Assembly (NCBI GenBank): GCA_973895155.1 | Contig: OZ316896.1 | Location: forward strand, 6,190,166-6,254,165 | Reading direction: 5' to 3' | From: Marsupella aquatica | Lineage: Eukaryota; Plantae; Marchantiophyta | DNA: 64,000 nucleotides | Shown here: positions 15,001 through 26,950 of the stretch, piece by piece | Position numbering within the stretch: position 1 is the first letter of the stretch | How the letters are laid out: the number at the start of each line of letters is the position of its first letter | Translations under genes and position numbers: made by a program | Notes under the pieces: model-generated | Seen by the model: only the letters and a program-made list of their open reading frames with translations | Told to the model about the DNA's origin: nothing | Databases searched by the model: none

Positions 15001-16568
15001 CTACAAGCAGAGCTTCAAAAACTGAAAGCAATAGAGGTTGTTGGTCGAAGAGGCACCCTCCAAGTTTTAAGTAGTGGGCTTGCTAAGGTAAAGATTCTCC
15101 AAGAAGTATGTGTTTCTGTAAACAATATTAGAATCTTATTGTGGTAAATTGTTTTATGCTGTAAAATTGAATTTATCTTAGAATAAGTTGTACTTTTAAG
15201 AAGTCCAAATTTGAACATTTAAGTGTCCACATGTTTGGTTTAAGGCACGAAAGTAAATAGACAGTTTTCAACAATCCCAACCAACAGAATCCTTAATGGA
15301 GATTGTATTAAAAAAAGGTTTGATTAGAGTGTATGAGGTCATAACATGTGCCTTCAGCATTAGCACAATAACTCAAAAGATTGTTTTAGAATTGTTGGGG
15401 ATTTATTTCTTCTCAATTTTTACTTCAGCCGTATCGCTGGATAAAGAATCCAACAAAAGTCCAGTAAACCTTTCATATTCAGTTACCTCATTGGGTAAAA
15501 CAAAAAAGCTAAAAGATTCCTTGCACTGTTTTTCTTTGTCAAAATTTGAGCTGAACAAGAGTTAGCTGGTAAATTTAGCCAAGCAAGGGTCAACAAGCGT
15601 GAGTCCACTTTTGACATTAACAAAGATGTGTCTCTTGCTCAAATGCCAAAGATGGGGCTGTTTCTAAAGGAGTTGTTTGTTCGTTGCTATTTTCTGCCTC
15701 AATTTGTTTGCACAACATATTCTTTCAACGCATTAACTTGTTGTATATGCTGAGTTACGTAACTGGTGTAAGTAAATATAGACGGTCTTATTGTATTAAT
15801 TTTGTTAAAATTTACTTTTACTTGATATTGCTTGTAGGATTTTGCTGCAAGGATTATTCAAAGAGCCTATCGACAAAGATATCTCACTCGATTACAGAAA
15901 GTAAGCTTAATATTTGGATGATTTTCTGATAGTAAACACCCATTCAATATTCATTTTATAGTGTAGTATATTTTCATGAAGCACTAGCTCGATGATAACT
16001 TTAGGAGCCAGAACATTTAATGAAGATGCATCTGCAAAGTGTGGAACAAATTAATCCATACTGATTAATTTGATTTCAGATCTCTCATTAATACCCAGAG
16101 ATGTGCTACCTTGCAACCAGGGATATTATGGTGCAAGAAGACAAGAAAACATAAATATTAATCCTCACAGGGATATTATGGTGCAAGAAGACAAGAAAAC
16201 ATAAATATTAATCCTCAAAATTGGAAAAGGTCTTGGTCTTTGCTAATGGCTTTTTGTTTGTTTGTTGATAATTACTAACAATGGTAACCTACCCAGAGTT
16301 GAAAGGAGTCGGGGTCTCGTTGCTGGACATCCAAGTTGTGGCTTAAGAGGTTTGTTGCAATAGTTTTAGTGAAATATTGGCAAGTATCTTAGGCTATGTT
16401 TAACAATGAGTTTGTATGGCCCAGGAAAAAAGAAAGCTTGAACTCGTGGCAAGTTTCCAGCTTATAGCCAATTCCGCTACTAAGGTTTTCAATGCCATGA
16501 AAGGGATTGATGAATATTTTACAAGATCCTCCAAAATTTTCATCCAAGTTCTTGATGTATTTTCTTAA
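1..16568 (+). CDS. Kinesin motor protein (N-terminal motor, coiled coil, IQ-like motif); ARK-like but no armadillo repeats seen; 5' end lies outside the window
   Basis: GT-AG exons in continuous frame: <1-62, 356-476, 685-787, 1153-1261, 1415-1518, 4300-4383, 4590-4670, 5305-5441, 5824-5885, 6177-6236, 6664-6756, 7136-7224, 7429-7542, 12392-12546. Less certain exons: 14340-14382, 14989-15087, 15838-15900, 16425-16568. Motifs: [18 protein letters not shown]-loop [19 protein letters not shown], switch [11 protein letters not shown], switch [43 protein letters not shown]. The motor domain is well supported; the C-terminal exons are moderately supported. Confidence 0.9.
1657..2009. repeat. Near-perfect tandem duplication (177/176 bp) in a kinesin intron
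   Basis: AGAAACCAGATCTAC...CGGTCTCTAGC occurs at 1657-1833 and 1834-2009; the only difference I saw is one T in a T-run. Confidence 0.95.
2680..3771 (-). CDS. Trihelix (GT-1/Myb-SANT-like) transcription factor, ASR3/SH4 type, intronless CDS of 363 aa, nested in a kinesin intron
   Basis: ATG at 3771. Trihelix motif [11 protein letters not shown]...KWKSISQIC...[24 protein letters not shown]...SYW...[10 protein letters not shown], a Gln/Pro/Ser linker, basic NLS-like PRKRKR, and a C-terminal helix [20 protein letters not shown] typical of ASR3-like proteins. Confidence 0.92.
   Translation of the reverse strand: MAEEISSDPESKTLGDGGPGAVQQPAKSSDGGDATGVGGDGGEERWKRERWTRNESMALVSAMKQLEEDAGTTSTGGDAKWKSISQICSNHGVQRTSVQCRKRWNTLLAAYRKIKDWEKKNDMESYWAVGGLDCKAKKLPAGFDEEIWNVMNSFLAGRSGMSPRLFPYKTEDPPVEPVPAGAIQIDPVPMSQPTSQPLTQGLPQPLPESLSQSLPQSLAQSLPQSLLQPALQSLPDPLSQPASQGFAQSVSQPLPPPFNQRARKEGVTPRKRKRGLRQEIPVVLAQESPRLPKVDEQDAGPQRHGFEALEPLTRFLPSFLEKSLEAYERNNELDRKLRKEQGDKLVAVLGSLSSAVRDLVQQK
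8300..10450 (-). mobile_element. GC-rich, heavily degenerate insertion in a kinesin intron, possibly a Ty1/copia relic
   Basis: GC content rises abruptly. Minus-strand fragments [19 protein letters not shown] (~8365-8425) and [10 protein letters not shown] (~9265-9295) weakly resemble copia RNase H (ADIFTK) and RT-tether motifs. No LTRs were delimited. Confidence 0.35.
10649..11050 (+). repeat. Dispersed ~600-bp repeat family, copy 1 (partial, diverged)
   Basis: TGCTATGT...CACCTTTCAG.TTTTGTCTTA...TTCAATGTG aligns with the copies at 13.3, 24.1 and 25.6 kb. Confidence 0.65.
13296..13886 (+). repeat. Dispersed ~600-bp repeat family, copy 2
   Basis: Starts TGCTATGGTGAATACACCTTTCAG and ends CACTACAAGACAAAAACTCAAGCATGTTCCGAGATGAGTATGCTATAT. 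Confidence 0.8.
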
Positions 16569-19489
16569 AACTTACAGTAAAAATTTGATTGACAAGAGAC
16601 ATAACTGGTCTGGGTTCTTGTAAAACTGAATTGCCACAGGTATGCAATGCGATCTCTTGTAAAGAAACCTACTGGGCTTTCACAGTCCCACTGTGAAATG
16701 TCAAATCTTATTTTTGCCATACACAATATCATTGGATTTTTTTGGATTTTTGTGTAGTGTAGAATATTTTGATTTGAAGCTTGAACATAATTATGTTAAA
16801 TGGCTGTTAAGGTTGAAACTCTTCCCTTGCTTATACACATGACAAGACTTATTGTGTAAAATAATAATAAATGCTCTCTAGAGAATTGTTGAGGTTGCCT
16901 AGACAGTATTTGACCATAGAAATGATTATATTGTGCTATGAGATTTGTTTCCCTTATTATAAAAATGTTCACCCAAAGTAGAAGTCTGGTTGTGCAGCCT
17001 TGTCATCCGAACATGGCTGCTCCCCCCCCCCTCCTCCCCCCCCCCCAAGCAAGAAAAAACCCAAAAATCCAGGAGGGTGGTAATTTGGCTTGCAGTAGTT
17101 CTTGTGTCACAATTTTCCTCTCCACAAAGAAACCCAAGAGGACATCATGTGCCCGGATCATGTGCGACCCCTTAAATTGTAGCTAGCAGTAAACAACAAT
17201 TAAACCGTTAAAATGCTTAGGAAATCTAAATCATCTTGAGTAATTAAGGTACAGCCATTAGTTGGATCCTAACCAAATCTATGGGACAAGCACGATAGTA
17301 CTTCACCTGGCCAAGACGTAAGCAGTCACCTCAGACCGGCGGTGGGCAGGGAGCCATCATACCCCAAGAGCAACAATAGAATGAGACACTTCACTCTTCA
17401 AAATTAGGAAGATTGTCCAAACCCAAGATAGTACCATTTTGAACTCCACCAAATCATTACAAGAAGCATAAGCAAGTGAGAAGTTCAATGGCAAGGCTCA
17501 TTGTATGATTGCAAACCCAACACCAGTACTATTCTTGCTAGCACTTGCAATCAAGAAAGGAGTAGACTAGTCTTTGTGAGCTAGCTACCAACATTTGTGC
17601 AGATGCAAAGTCTATGGAAGTCATGGCATTGTTGAGTCAGGAGCAAGCCAAGGTCCCACCTGCCAGGAACAAGAGAGGAGTTCTTATCAGAGGAGAAGCT
17701 GTGCAAGTTGGTGGACAAGCTGGAGTGCATTGAAGAGAACGGGGAAGAGAATTGCTGGGTCTGGATAAAGCAAGAACCTGTCTAGTGTGGTTTGGATGGA
17801 TTGCTATCTCTCCAGTGGAAGGGCAAGCATGATATTTTCCAAGATCATGCACCAAGGTGATAATGTCACCAAAGTTGATGTTCATAACCTATGGGGGAGG
17901 CCTACAATATCACTAACCAATGCTTGTGCACCATTTTGTACGTGCCAATGGTATGGAAGTCATTGCTTGCCTATGAAGTAAAGACCCTCAATGCAGGGGG
18001 AATTTTGGCATTCTATAGCAAGTAGAGGTTTAAATAAGCCAAAACTGACAAGATTCAGTATGTATGGCGCAATTGAAATGGGGGGGGGGGGCAGGGTATT
18101 GCAACTACATCAAAATTTTCACCAAGTTGGTGCTGATGAAGAGCGGGTATCATCATACCACCCTTGCCCAACTTTCTTTGGCAAAGGCAGAATTGGAGGG
18201 AGCATATCACCCCCTCTAGGTATGGAAGGCTTGGGGGTGGGGGCGGGGAGGGGTGGGGGCGGGGGGATTCATTGTATGAAGGGTCTTACATTGCGTGCAA
18301 CATGTTTAGGTCTATACCCCATAACTTATAAGTGGAAAATATTATTTTTTCTCGCCCTTATGTACTTTAAAGCAGCCATTTTCTACTATGTTTAAACAAG
18401 TATGAGCCTTGTTGGTCTTTTTGGAGGCCTTCATGGAAACTATCTACTACTATAATAAGGAATCCCCCCAAAAATGGTGTATCATCCCGTTTACAAACTC
18501 ACTTTTGGAGCAAACATTCTCTGACCATTGGATTTATACTTTCGTTTATCCTGGTCTTTCATTATTCAAAAAGCAATCTGCCAATTCCAAAGGAGACAAG
18601 ACAAAGTATTTTGGTATACCACAAAGGTTCTGTAGGAAAGAGGTATGGCATACCCTCTATCTGAGTGCAATATGTTTTCATTGCATGGGGGCACTTCAGA
18701 CACCATAATGAGGAGACAAGGACTAGAAGCCATAGACTTCAAAGTATGGAGGGGAAATTAATGATGCACCCATGCATGGGTGAGGGGCTGAATAATGTCT
18801 TACCATCCCATAAGTACGTAGGTGGAGGGGACAAGACAAAGTGGAGTAAATGGAAATGAAAATAAATAAACAACTTTTAAATACATTGTCAATAAAGATG
18901 TTTGAATTTACAATACTGCCATAATTTATTTTGTATTTACAAAAATGACATGATTTCCATATATGGTTCCCCTGGTTATCTTGGTAAACTTGTCATCTGT
19001 ATACAAAACTATGACTTTGTTATAAATACATAAAAAATAGTGGCAGTATTGTGAATTAGAACATCTTTAGTGACAAAGTAATAAAAGCTGGATAAAGAAG
19101 ACAAGTAAGCAATAAGAGGAAAAAGGATGAGAAAAGGGACACCCTTGCTTTTTATTGGTGGGTTGGGGGGCGGGGGGGGGGGGGGGCGGGGCAGCGGTAG
19201 CCCAAGAGAAATGGGGTGAGGAGGCCATGAGGAGGAGTGGGGATGCTTCCACCTAGCGTTGTGCAAATGTATGTGCCTCGGTTGCCATCATCTATCTCAC
19301 GCTCTCTTCTGTTACTTCTTTTGCAACAACATCTTTTTGAACATGGACGTCTTATGCAATGACATTTTCTACACAACATCTTCAATGCAACACACAGGTA
19401 TTGAACATGACCACAACATCTGTAGTGGTCAGGATCACACATAAAATGTCTCAACAACTACATCGCAAAGCTTACATGTTTTGCCTCAC

Positions 19490-19860
19490 CTTGACATATT
19501 TTTCTCGCCTTAATGTCTTTACCTTGAATTGCATTGACATCTTCATCTCACCACTACATTTTCTTCTCACCTTGATGATTTTTCTTTTTTCAACATCTTT
19601 TTCTCTCCTCGAGAATTTTTCTCACTTGACTTGACATTTTTTTCTCACCTTGATATCTTATCTTTTTCTCATCTCACCATCTTTTTCTGACCTTGAAATC
19701 TTTATCTCACCATGCAAGACATCTTTTCCTCACCCTCGACACCTATTCTCTCCTTGACACCTTTTCCTAACTTTTGCATCTTTTTCTCACCTTGTCATCT
19801 TTTCTCTCCTCAATATCTTTTTCTCACATAACCATCTTTTCTCACGTCACCATCTTTTGT
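19490..19860. repeat. Degenerate pyrimidine-rich minisatellite (about 18-20 bp, CATCTTTTTCTCACCTTGA-like)
   Basis: Repeated TTTTCTCACCTTGAC and CATCTTTTTCTC units. Confidence 0.7.
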
Positions 19861-21737
19861 GCAACGCAGAGGCATCCGCAAGAGGCATCCGCATCAGGCT
19901 AGTAGGTAACATATATAACTATTGATGACTGGTTTTTATGAGGTATTTGGTCAACTGTAGAGAGTATTTCTGCTTGTACAAGGAGATCATATATGGGAGG
20001 GCAATAGAAGTCATTAGGGAATGAGCAGGCACCCTTAGCTTCATGTTGAGGTTGTCAGCACAGAATAATTACACTTCATGCACTACAGACGTGCAAATTT
20101 AGTTTGCTGCAGATGTATATATACAATTCATTCTTAATAACTTGAAATCAGTGAAAAATGGCTTACTTGTCAGCGTTTGAGTGACCTAGATCGAATGTCA
20201 ATGTAACCCCCTCACCACCTTTAAGTAAACTTTACGTTCCATACAAAAAAAAGAGTGGGTACCAAACCACTGCTGAGACGGCAGCTTGTCGTACGTTGAT
20301 ACCTTAGAAGATGGGTTTGTGGTGGTCCCTTCGTAGAACCCAAATATAAACGGGGTTTCTTTGACTTTCAGTAAAGTTCACGTCCAAGAGAAAAAAGAAG
20401 TCATACAAAATAGGATACAAAATTTCTGCTTAGACTGCAGCTTGTCGTACCTTGGTACATGGGTTCATGGTGACTTGGATAAGAGAGTGACTAGAAAACA
20501 TCGTCATAGTGTGTCCTGTGGGAGCTGTGCTGCTTTGCTCTCCGAGATGCTCGGGGGAAACTTATCGACTCCTAAGTGGTCCAGTCAATGATCTTCCTCA
20601 TTTAGCGAATGAATTGGGGGGGAGTGGAGATTGGCCGGGTTGCTGGGGACGAGGCCGAACTGGAATCTGATTTCCCTCCAAAGCCCGATTGAATCCGAAG
20701 TAATTCTGACAGTTGTGTGCGAGGTGGTAAAATTAGTACAAGATTCTGCTCGCTCAGACCAATTAGCCTCGTAAAACTTCGACAACTCAATTTTGCAGTC
20801 ATAAGAGTAAAGGTAAGTTAGGTTTCGAGGAACAGGTATATAATAATTATGTGAACAATGCGCTTTTACAGAGGGGCTTTTGCGGGAGGGGTGCGGGAAT
20901 TCTAGTTGAAATTTGGGTTTTCTTGTCAACACTCCACGCTTGTTGCAGGCAGTAGCTGACGTCGTTTCTCATGTCAAAACGTTTGTGCTGTGGATAATTC
21001 TTATGTCTGGCATCATGTCGTGCCTCTGAATTTGGTAAGGATTTGCATGGTATGATGTACGGGTAATTCGTCGTTCTTTTGCCTTCCCCGAACTGATGAC
21101 TCTGCAAATTAGAAAGCAAATCTCCTACTGCAACCTTTGCTGTCCGGCAGGAATTGATGTGCACAACCTGCCAAATAGAATCTGAATATAATCTTCTAGG
21201 AGGTTGCATGTGGAGGACGTTCGATGTTGTCCTATGTTAGACCATCAATCGCCGCCAACCGCGTCAACTCCGACGAGACTATCTAACTAGTCCAAAGTTT
21301 GAAAAGTTCAGGAGATTCGGCTTGTACGTTAGTACTAGGAACCTCCACTTGTGCATTGTGATGCATGTGCGTAAGGACTGTGTAACAAACAGTGCGCGCA
21401 TTTTCGCCACAGTAATTCTTTGACTATTCCTGAATTGGGTCAAAATTCCAAAACATTAATTGAAGCAGATTGGCAGCGATGAAAGTCCTTAAAATTGTTT
21501 TTCTAGCTCGGGACACGAGTTGGCTGCGAATTGACACAAATTGGCCGGACATCGGCTGCTGTAGATTGAAGTTTAAAATCTAATGGTGGCTCTTGTTTCT
21601 TTAATTGTTGGCTACTGTAGTCTTCAAGGTACGGGTACTTCACTTATTGGTAACTCTGGACGCTGATTTTCTACTCTGGACGCTGATTTTCTACTGCAGG
21701 TAGCAATGGCTGCTACAGAGTGCCGGGTCAGGCGCCA

Positions 21738-23418
21738 ATGTCTCATCCTGACCTGGCAGAGAAGATTTCCAGCGAGGTGACTGTGGAGGATGTGACGAAA
21801 CAATATGAAATAATGAAGCTACTTGGAGGGCAACCTCTTGGGGAAGCTGGCGACATTGAATCGTTCATCTGGCCCGAGGGAACGAGACCGGACATCTCGT
21901 ATGACCATTCCGATTTTGAGCTTCAAGTTATCGATTTGTCACCAGTGCTCAAATTGCAGAGCCTGCAGAGGGAGCTCGAGCAGTTGGAGGGAGACGCGAG
22001 AACTCGGATTGCTTTGGAGGCAGAGATCAAGGCTTGCGAAGCTGCGAGCAGTATCCTTGTACCAAATTAAGGGGGAATTACTGTTAGGAATTCTACTGTC
22101 GCCGACTAAATGTTCTTGAAGTTTGCCATGAAAGCAATTTCCTGAGTGAAGACTCTCACTGACTAATTGTAATATCTCCTTCATGGGACGGGAGGGCCAT
22201 CTGGTTTTGTGATAGATTTTCCTAATGATTATGAAGCTGCAGATGCACACGCAGTAACGTTCTTGTAGCAGAGTTTGTGTCTCGAACATATGAGACAGTG
22301 AAATGACAGCAAAGAATCGGATCCCGAATCGGATAGCTCTTTCTCTCCTTGTGATGCAAAAGGGACTCGACAGCATATATATTCAGTCCGAGTGACACGT
22401 CCACAGCTTGCCGGTGCCCCCAAAAGCACCTTCGAAGTTTGAATCGTTTAGAACAATTTTGAAAAAGTTGAACTTTCGATGGCTGTCAAGATCTAGTAGG
22501 GACGGGAGTAGGGATACCTATCCCATCCTACCCACTGGATTTAGCGTATATAATCTTGTACCAATGTTCTCAGACAATGAAACAAGACAGAACAAAAGTA
22601 GACCTGCAATTATCTCGGTCGCAATCAAGCAATGACTGGATAGCATTTTGATCCGGCTTTATTGAATTGCAGGAGAAGATGAAAAAAGCAAACGAGCCAA
22701 GGGTGCCAGGTTACACGCCCCTGAAGAAAACATCCGGAATCAACCGTATGAACCCGTCTATCACATGGAGTGAAGCAATTCAACTAGAGTCACCAGGACA
22801 GAAACGTCCCGGCAGCACGGAAGAGATCGCAAACAATCTCTGGCCGGATGAGCCTGAACGCAGCTCGAAGGGTCATTTATTCAGGTGAGCGTGTTTAAAT
22901 CCAAGAAATTTTGGAGTTCAGGCTACCAACATGACGTCCTTCGAGGAGATGGCGAAAGTGTCAACAACAGGATTCGTCAACAAAGGCTTGTTCACGAAGT
23001 TCTAGCGTGTCTTTCATTAGTTCTCGATGGATGACATGCTCATTTATCAGCAGCCATCTTCACATTTTTTCTTGGACCAGATCTAGCGCCGAAGAGTATG
23101 GCAAGCAATCGAGCAAGCTGATCCACTTACTAATGGACTTGATAGTCGCTAGTCTTGGAATCCCGGAGGACGCTGTGAACAGTATATGTGTGATCGACAC
23201 AAACAGCAGGTCCATGCCATGGTCCGAGTGCACAACTACCCCATCTTCGATCACCCCGAACTGACTTAGGGACTTCAATGCCACACCGACCCGGATGTTA
23301 TCACCCTTCTGCATCAGGACTCCGTGGGGGGCCTGCAGATTCGTTCAAAGATGGGACCTGGCATGGAGTGCAACCTCGGCTTGGGGCTTTCATCATCAAC
23401 TGTGGCGACTTTCTGCAG
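21738..23418 (+). pseudogene. 2-oxoglutarate/Fe(II)-dependent dioxygenase (DOXC class) pseudogene
   Basis: N-terminal FIWPEGTRPD...LQVIDLSP; middle exon 22672-22884 (ITWSEAIQL...LWPD); catalytic exon with VRVHNYP, HTD (23282-23290), ITLLHQDSVGGLQI and GAFIINCGDFLQ. In-frame TAG at 23267-23269 and frameshifts near 23210 and 23345. I found neither the WGFFQVVNHG segment nor a clear last exon. Confidence 0.85.
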
Positions 23419-24124
23419 GTGCTGCCTGCATCGTGCATTCTGAATCCTTGAATATCTCGCATTGACATTTGAATTTCAAATCATATCTGGACTTTTGGAT
23501 GAGTGCTTTACCTGTACTTATGTACGTGTTGAGTATATCTATCCTAGCAAGAAGCCCACGTTGGCTTCTTGCCCCTTGATCCCTCAGAGGAACCTAAAGT
23601 ACCCTTCACCTAGTATAGTGGCCGGTGGCATCATATGAGTCCTCTTAAAATAATGCGAAGGACCACGTGGCATAACATGCTGCACCGCATCGATCAATTT
23701 CCTATCCTAGTCAGAGAAAGTGTCATACACATACTTAATTTTGAGTTGAGAGAAGGGAATGTCATGTTCGTTTCTGTTTTTGGTTGAATTCGTTCTGAAT
23801 ACAAAATTTACTGACGAGTAAAATACAATAAAGAGCATCGGATGAGAACTACTGTCGATCAATTTTTGGGACCCTTGTTAAGTTCGCTAGTGAGATACAT
23901 TATTGGTGTGGGCACGTGCTGAACAAAGTTTTCTTCTTTCGCCTGTGCAGGCTTGGACAAATGGGAGATTTCTAAGCGCAGAGCACAGCACAGGGTGGTA
24001 ACTAATGAAAAGAGCAGGCGCATGTCAATTGCATATTTTGCGTTTAGCGAGACCAACTACGTTTTCAGTCCAAGACCAGAGTGCGTGGATGCAGAGCACT
24101 CTGGTCCAATTCGATTTTTTTGAA

Positions 24125-24714
24125 GCTGGTGAATGCAACTTTCAGTATTTTGTCTAATTCAAACTTCTTTTATTATGCTTTTTTATTTCAATATGCATTT
24201 TTATTTCAATGTGTCTTACCAAGGTGCATCCCTTGTATAGTTTAGATTTTCAATTTATTCTGGCACCCCTCTAATTTTTTTAAATCTTTGCTATATTTTA
24301 AGATCATTCACCTTGTAACAAAGGTGGTTGAATTTCTAGCCCTTATTCTCATGAGTACAGAAGAAATGATCTAAATAATGTGCACACTTTATGTCTTTAA
24401 GTACTACTCATGGTTTTGTGTCCTAAATTTATGATTTTAATTATTTTGAGTGTCATTACCTAAAGTAAATACATAAATATCTCTACTCATGTACATTATG
24501 TGCACATCCCAATACCATAAACTTAAAACTTTCCAGTGCATTATTTTATTTTTTTATATGTGTACTTTTATTTTTGTACCTTATGTGCACAAGTTTCAAT
24601 ATCATAGACTGTAAGTCTTCCTAGTCAATATCCTGTTTATATTTTAATTAGAACATCTGTATATCACTAAAAAAACAAAAATGGAAGCATGTTCCAGGAT
24701 GAGCATGCTATATA
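24125..24714 (+). repeat. Dispersed ~600-bp repeat family, copy 3
   Basis: GGTGAATGCAACTTTCAG.TTTTGTC... ending AGCATGTTCCAGGATGAGCATGCTATATA. Confidence 0.75.
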
Positions 24715-25584
24715 GATACAGGTCATTTACAATGATGGAGTACTTCCGAGCGCTTATGTCTCTTGACCTAAGTAAAGACAAAGGGGGGAATCTGGAAAAA
24801 GCTTTTTGGCATACAAACTTGATTTTGATGGTTCTAGGTTTGTTCTCACTTTGAAACAAAACAGGATAGAGACTCGAACATAATTACCAAATCATGATTT
24901 CTTTAGTGTTTTTCATTTGCATGTGATTCTCAAATTTACATATCTTTTACACTTAGTTTATAATTCACATTTTTACATTTAGGTTTACATATATATTCAA
25001 ACATGTTTAGTAAATTGAAAATGGGTGTTTAATTGATCATGCTTGTATTTTACATTTAGCTTACATATGTATTCATGGAATTTTGGTAGAATTCAAATGG
25101 GTACTTAATTGATGATGTTTGTCTTCAGATCAATAGCTTAATGCACCTGAGTTGTTCGTTTGGCCTGGTTATTGTAGAGTAAGAAATTGAGTCATTGTGT
25201 AGAGTTTGTCCATGTGAAAAGTCTTGTTGCAATGTGAAAGCAAAGGTTGTCAAATGATGGAGATAACTACAAGACAGTTGGAAGCAAGGAATAGAATGCA
25301 TAAATGGGTAGAGAGAGTTGGGGCCAGAGTTGGAGCACAGCCAGAGACAGGATAATTTTGACTAGGGTGCTAGGCAGAATGGTTTTGGATGAACTCCTTT
25401 TTCTTTTCCCTCTCTCATTCCTCCCCCCCCCTCCTCCTTTTTCCCTCCATGTCATCCCCTCCCAATCCCCCCTCCTGACAAAGAAAACTGATGGTTAACA
25501 GTTGTCACCCCTGCAATCAAGGATGACGGTTTACTTCGAGATTTAATTTTCCAATCTATCATCTACTTTAGCCTCAACATGCCC

Positions 25585-26083
25585 CATATAGCATGCTCAT
25601 CCTGGAACATGCTTGAGTTTTTGTCTTGTAGTGATTTGAAAATAAATAAAATATGAGAACATAACTAGAAGGATTGGTGCACAGTGACCAATGAAAAGTA
25701 CAATCAAGGATGCTACGATGTCTGCACTTAATTCAATGTCCTCATGAATGACACTCATTTTAATAAAAATCATAAACTTAGGAAAGAAAAACATAAGGAG
25801 AACTTAAGACACAAACAGAACCATTTCTCTCACTCATGAGCCTTTGTTCAAGTGGTGGAGCCTTTCGTTCATCTCTAATAAATCACAAACATCAAAATTT
25901 ATATGGGGGCTGCCAAAACAAGTTCAAAATACTCTAGAATTCTAAAATTAAAGGGGTCCATAAATTAAATAAAAATGTATATTATACACAAGTTGCCCCT
26001 TGATAAGGCACGTTGAAATAAAAATATATGACGCCAAAACTCTGAATAAGACAAAATCTGAAAGATGGATTCACCATATAGCA
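25585..26083 (-). repeat. Dispersed ~600-bp repeat family, copy 4 (inverted relative to copy 3)
   Basis: The reverse complement starts TGCTATATGGTGAATCCATCTTTCAG and ends CACTACAAGACAAAAACTCAAGCATGTTCCAGGATGAGCATGCTATAT. Confidence 0.8.
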
Positions 26084-26950
26084 GTTTCAAATATATCAAG
26101 GGTAAAGATCTCCTGCCCAATGTAAATCGTTGCAACGCAGTGGCCTTGTCATCCTTTTGCCATTACCAATCATGAGCACTAATCTCACTGGGAATAGGAT
26201 TTTGAGACAAGTGCACTGCTTTGGCACCTTTCCATTTACAATACCAACCACAATACAAGCTAAAGACCTTAAAACAAACTGTATTTGGCAATATTGGGCT
26301 TGTTAGAAACCTTCTTTTGAGCAGCTTCAATTCTAGCTGTAGAGAAAAAAGTGTAAGGAAATGAGACAAAATTCAATAGATTGGCCAGATAAATTCTTGC
26401 TCATGGATGCAAAGAGAAAGTGCAATCTTCAGAAATTCTTAACTCCCTTATCACTGAAAGAGAATAGGCCATATCAAACTTGTTGGAAAACTTTGACAGC
26501 ACCAGGCAGGACAAATTTCATCAAGAAATGAGAAAACTCTGCAATAGAGTATGTAGCTGATTGCCTCAAGAAACTTCATTAGCTAGCCCTACTGTAACGT
26601 GCCCTACTAATATGAGCAGAAACGTGATATTTTACATCTAGAAGATGCCTGTTTGGTGAAAGAGCTTTGCATCCTTACATGGTCAACACGCCAGTGACTC
26701 ACACTAACAAATCACAGCATAGAAAGATTTGGTGATTCACTCCAATGCCAATTCCTGTTGACCTTGTGGTGATTGTTGAACAAATCACAACATACAAAGT
26801 GATGCATTTGTATACCTCTATTTTTATAATAAGGAATCAGACCAAAAATCCTGGTCTTTTTACATGTTAGAAAGGAGGGAAAGAGACTGAACTGTCAATG
26901 TTTTCTAGGGTGTTCTTAAACACTTGGATTAACTCAAATGGGATGTCCTA

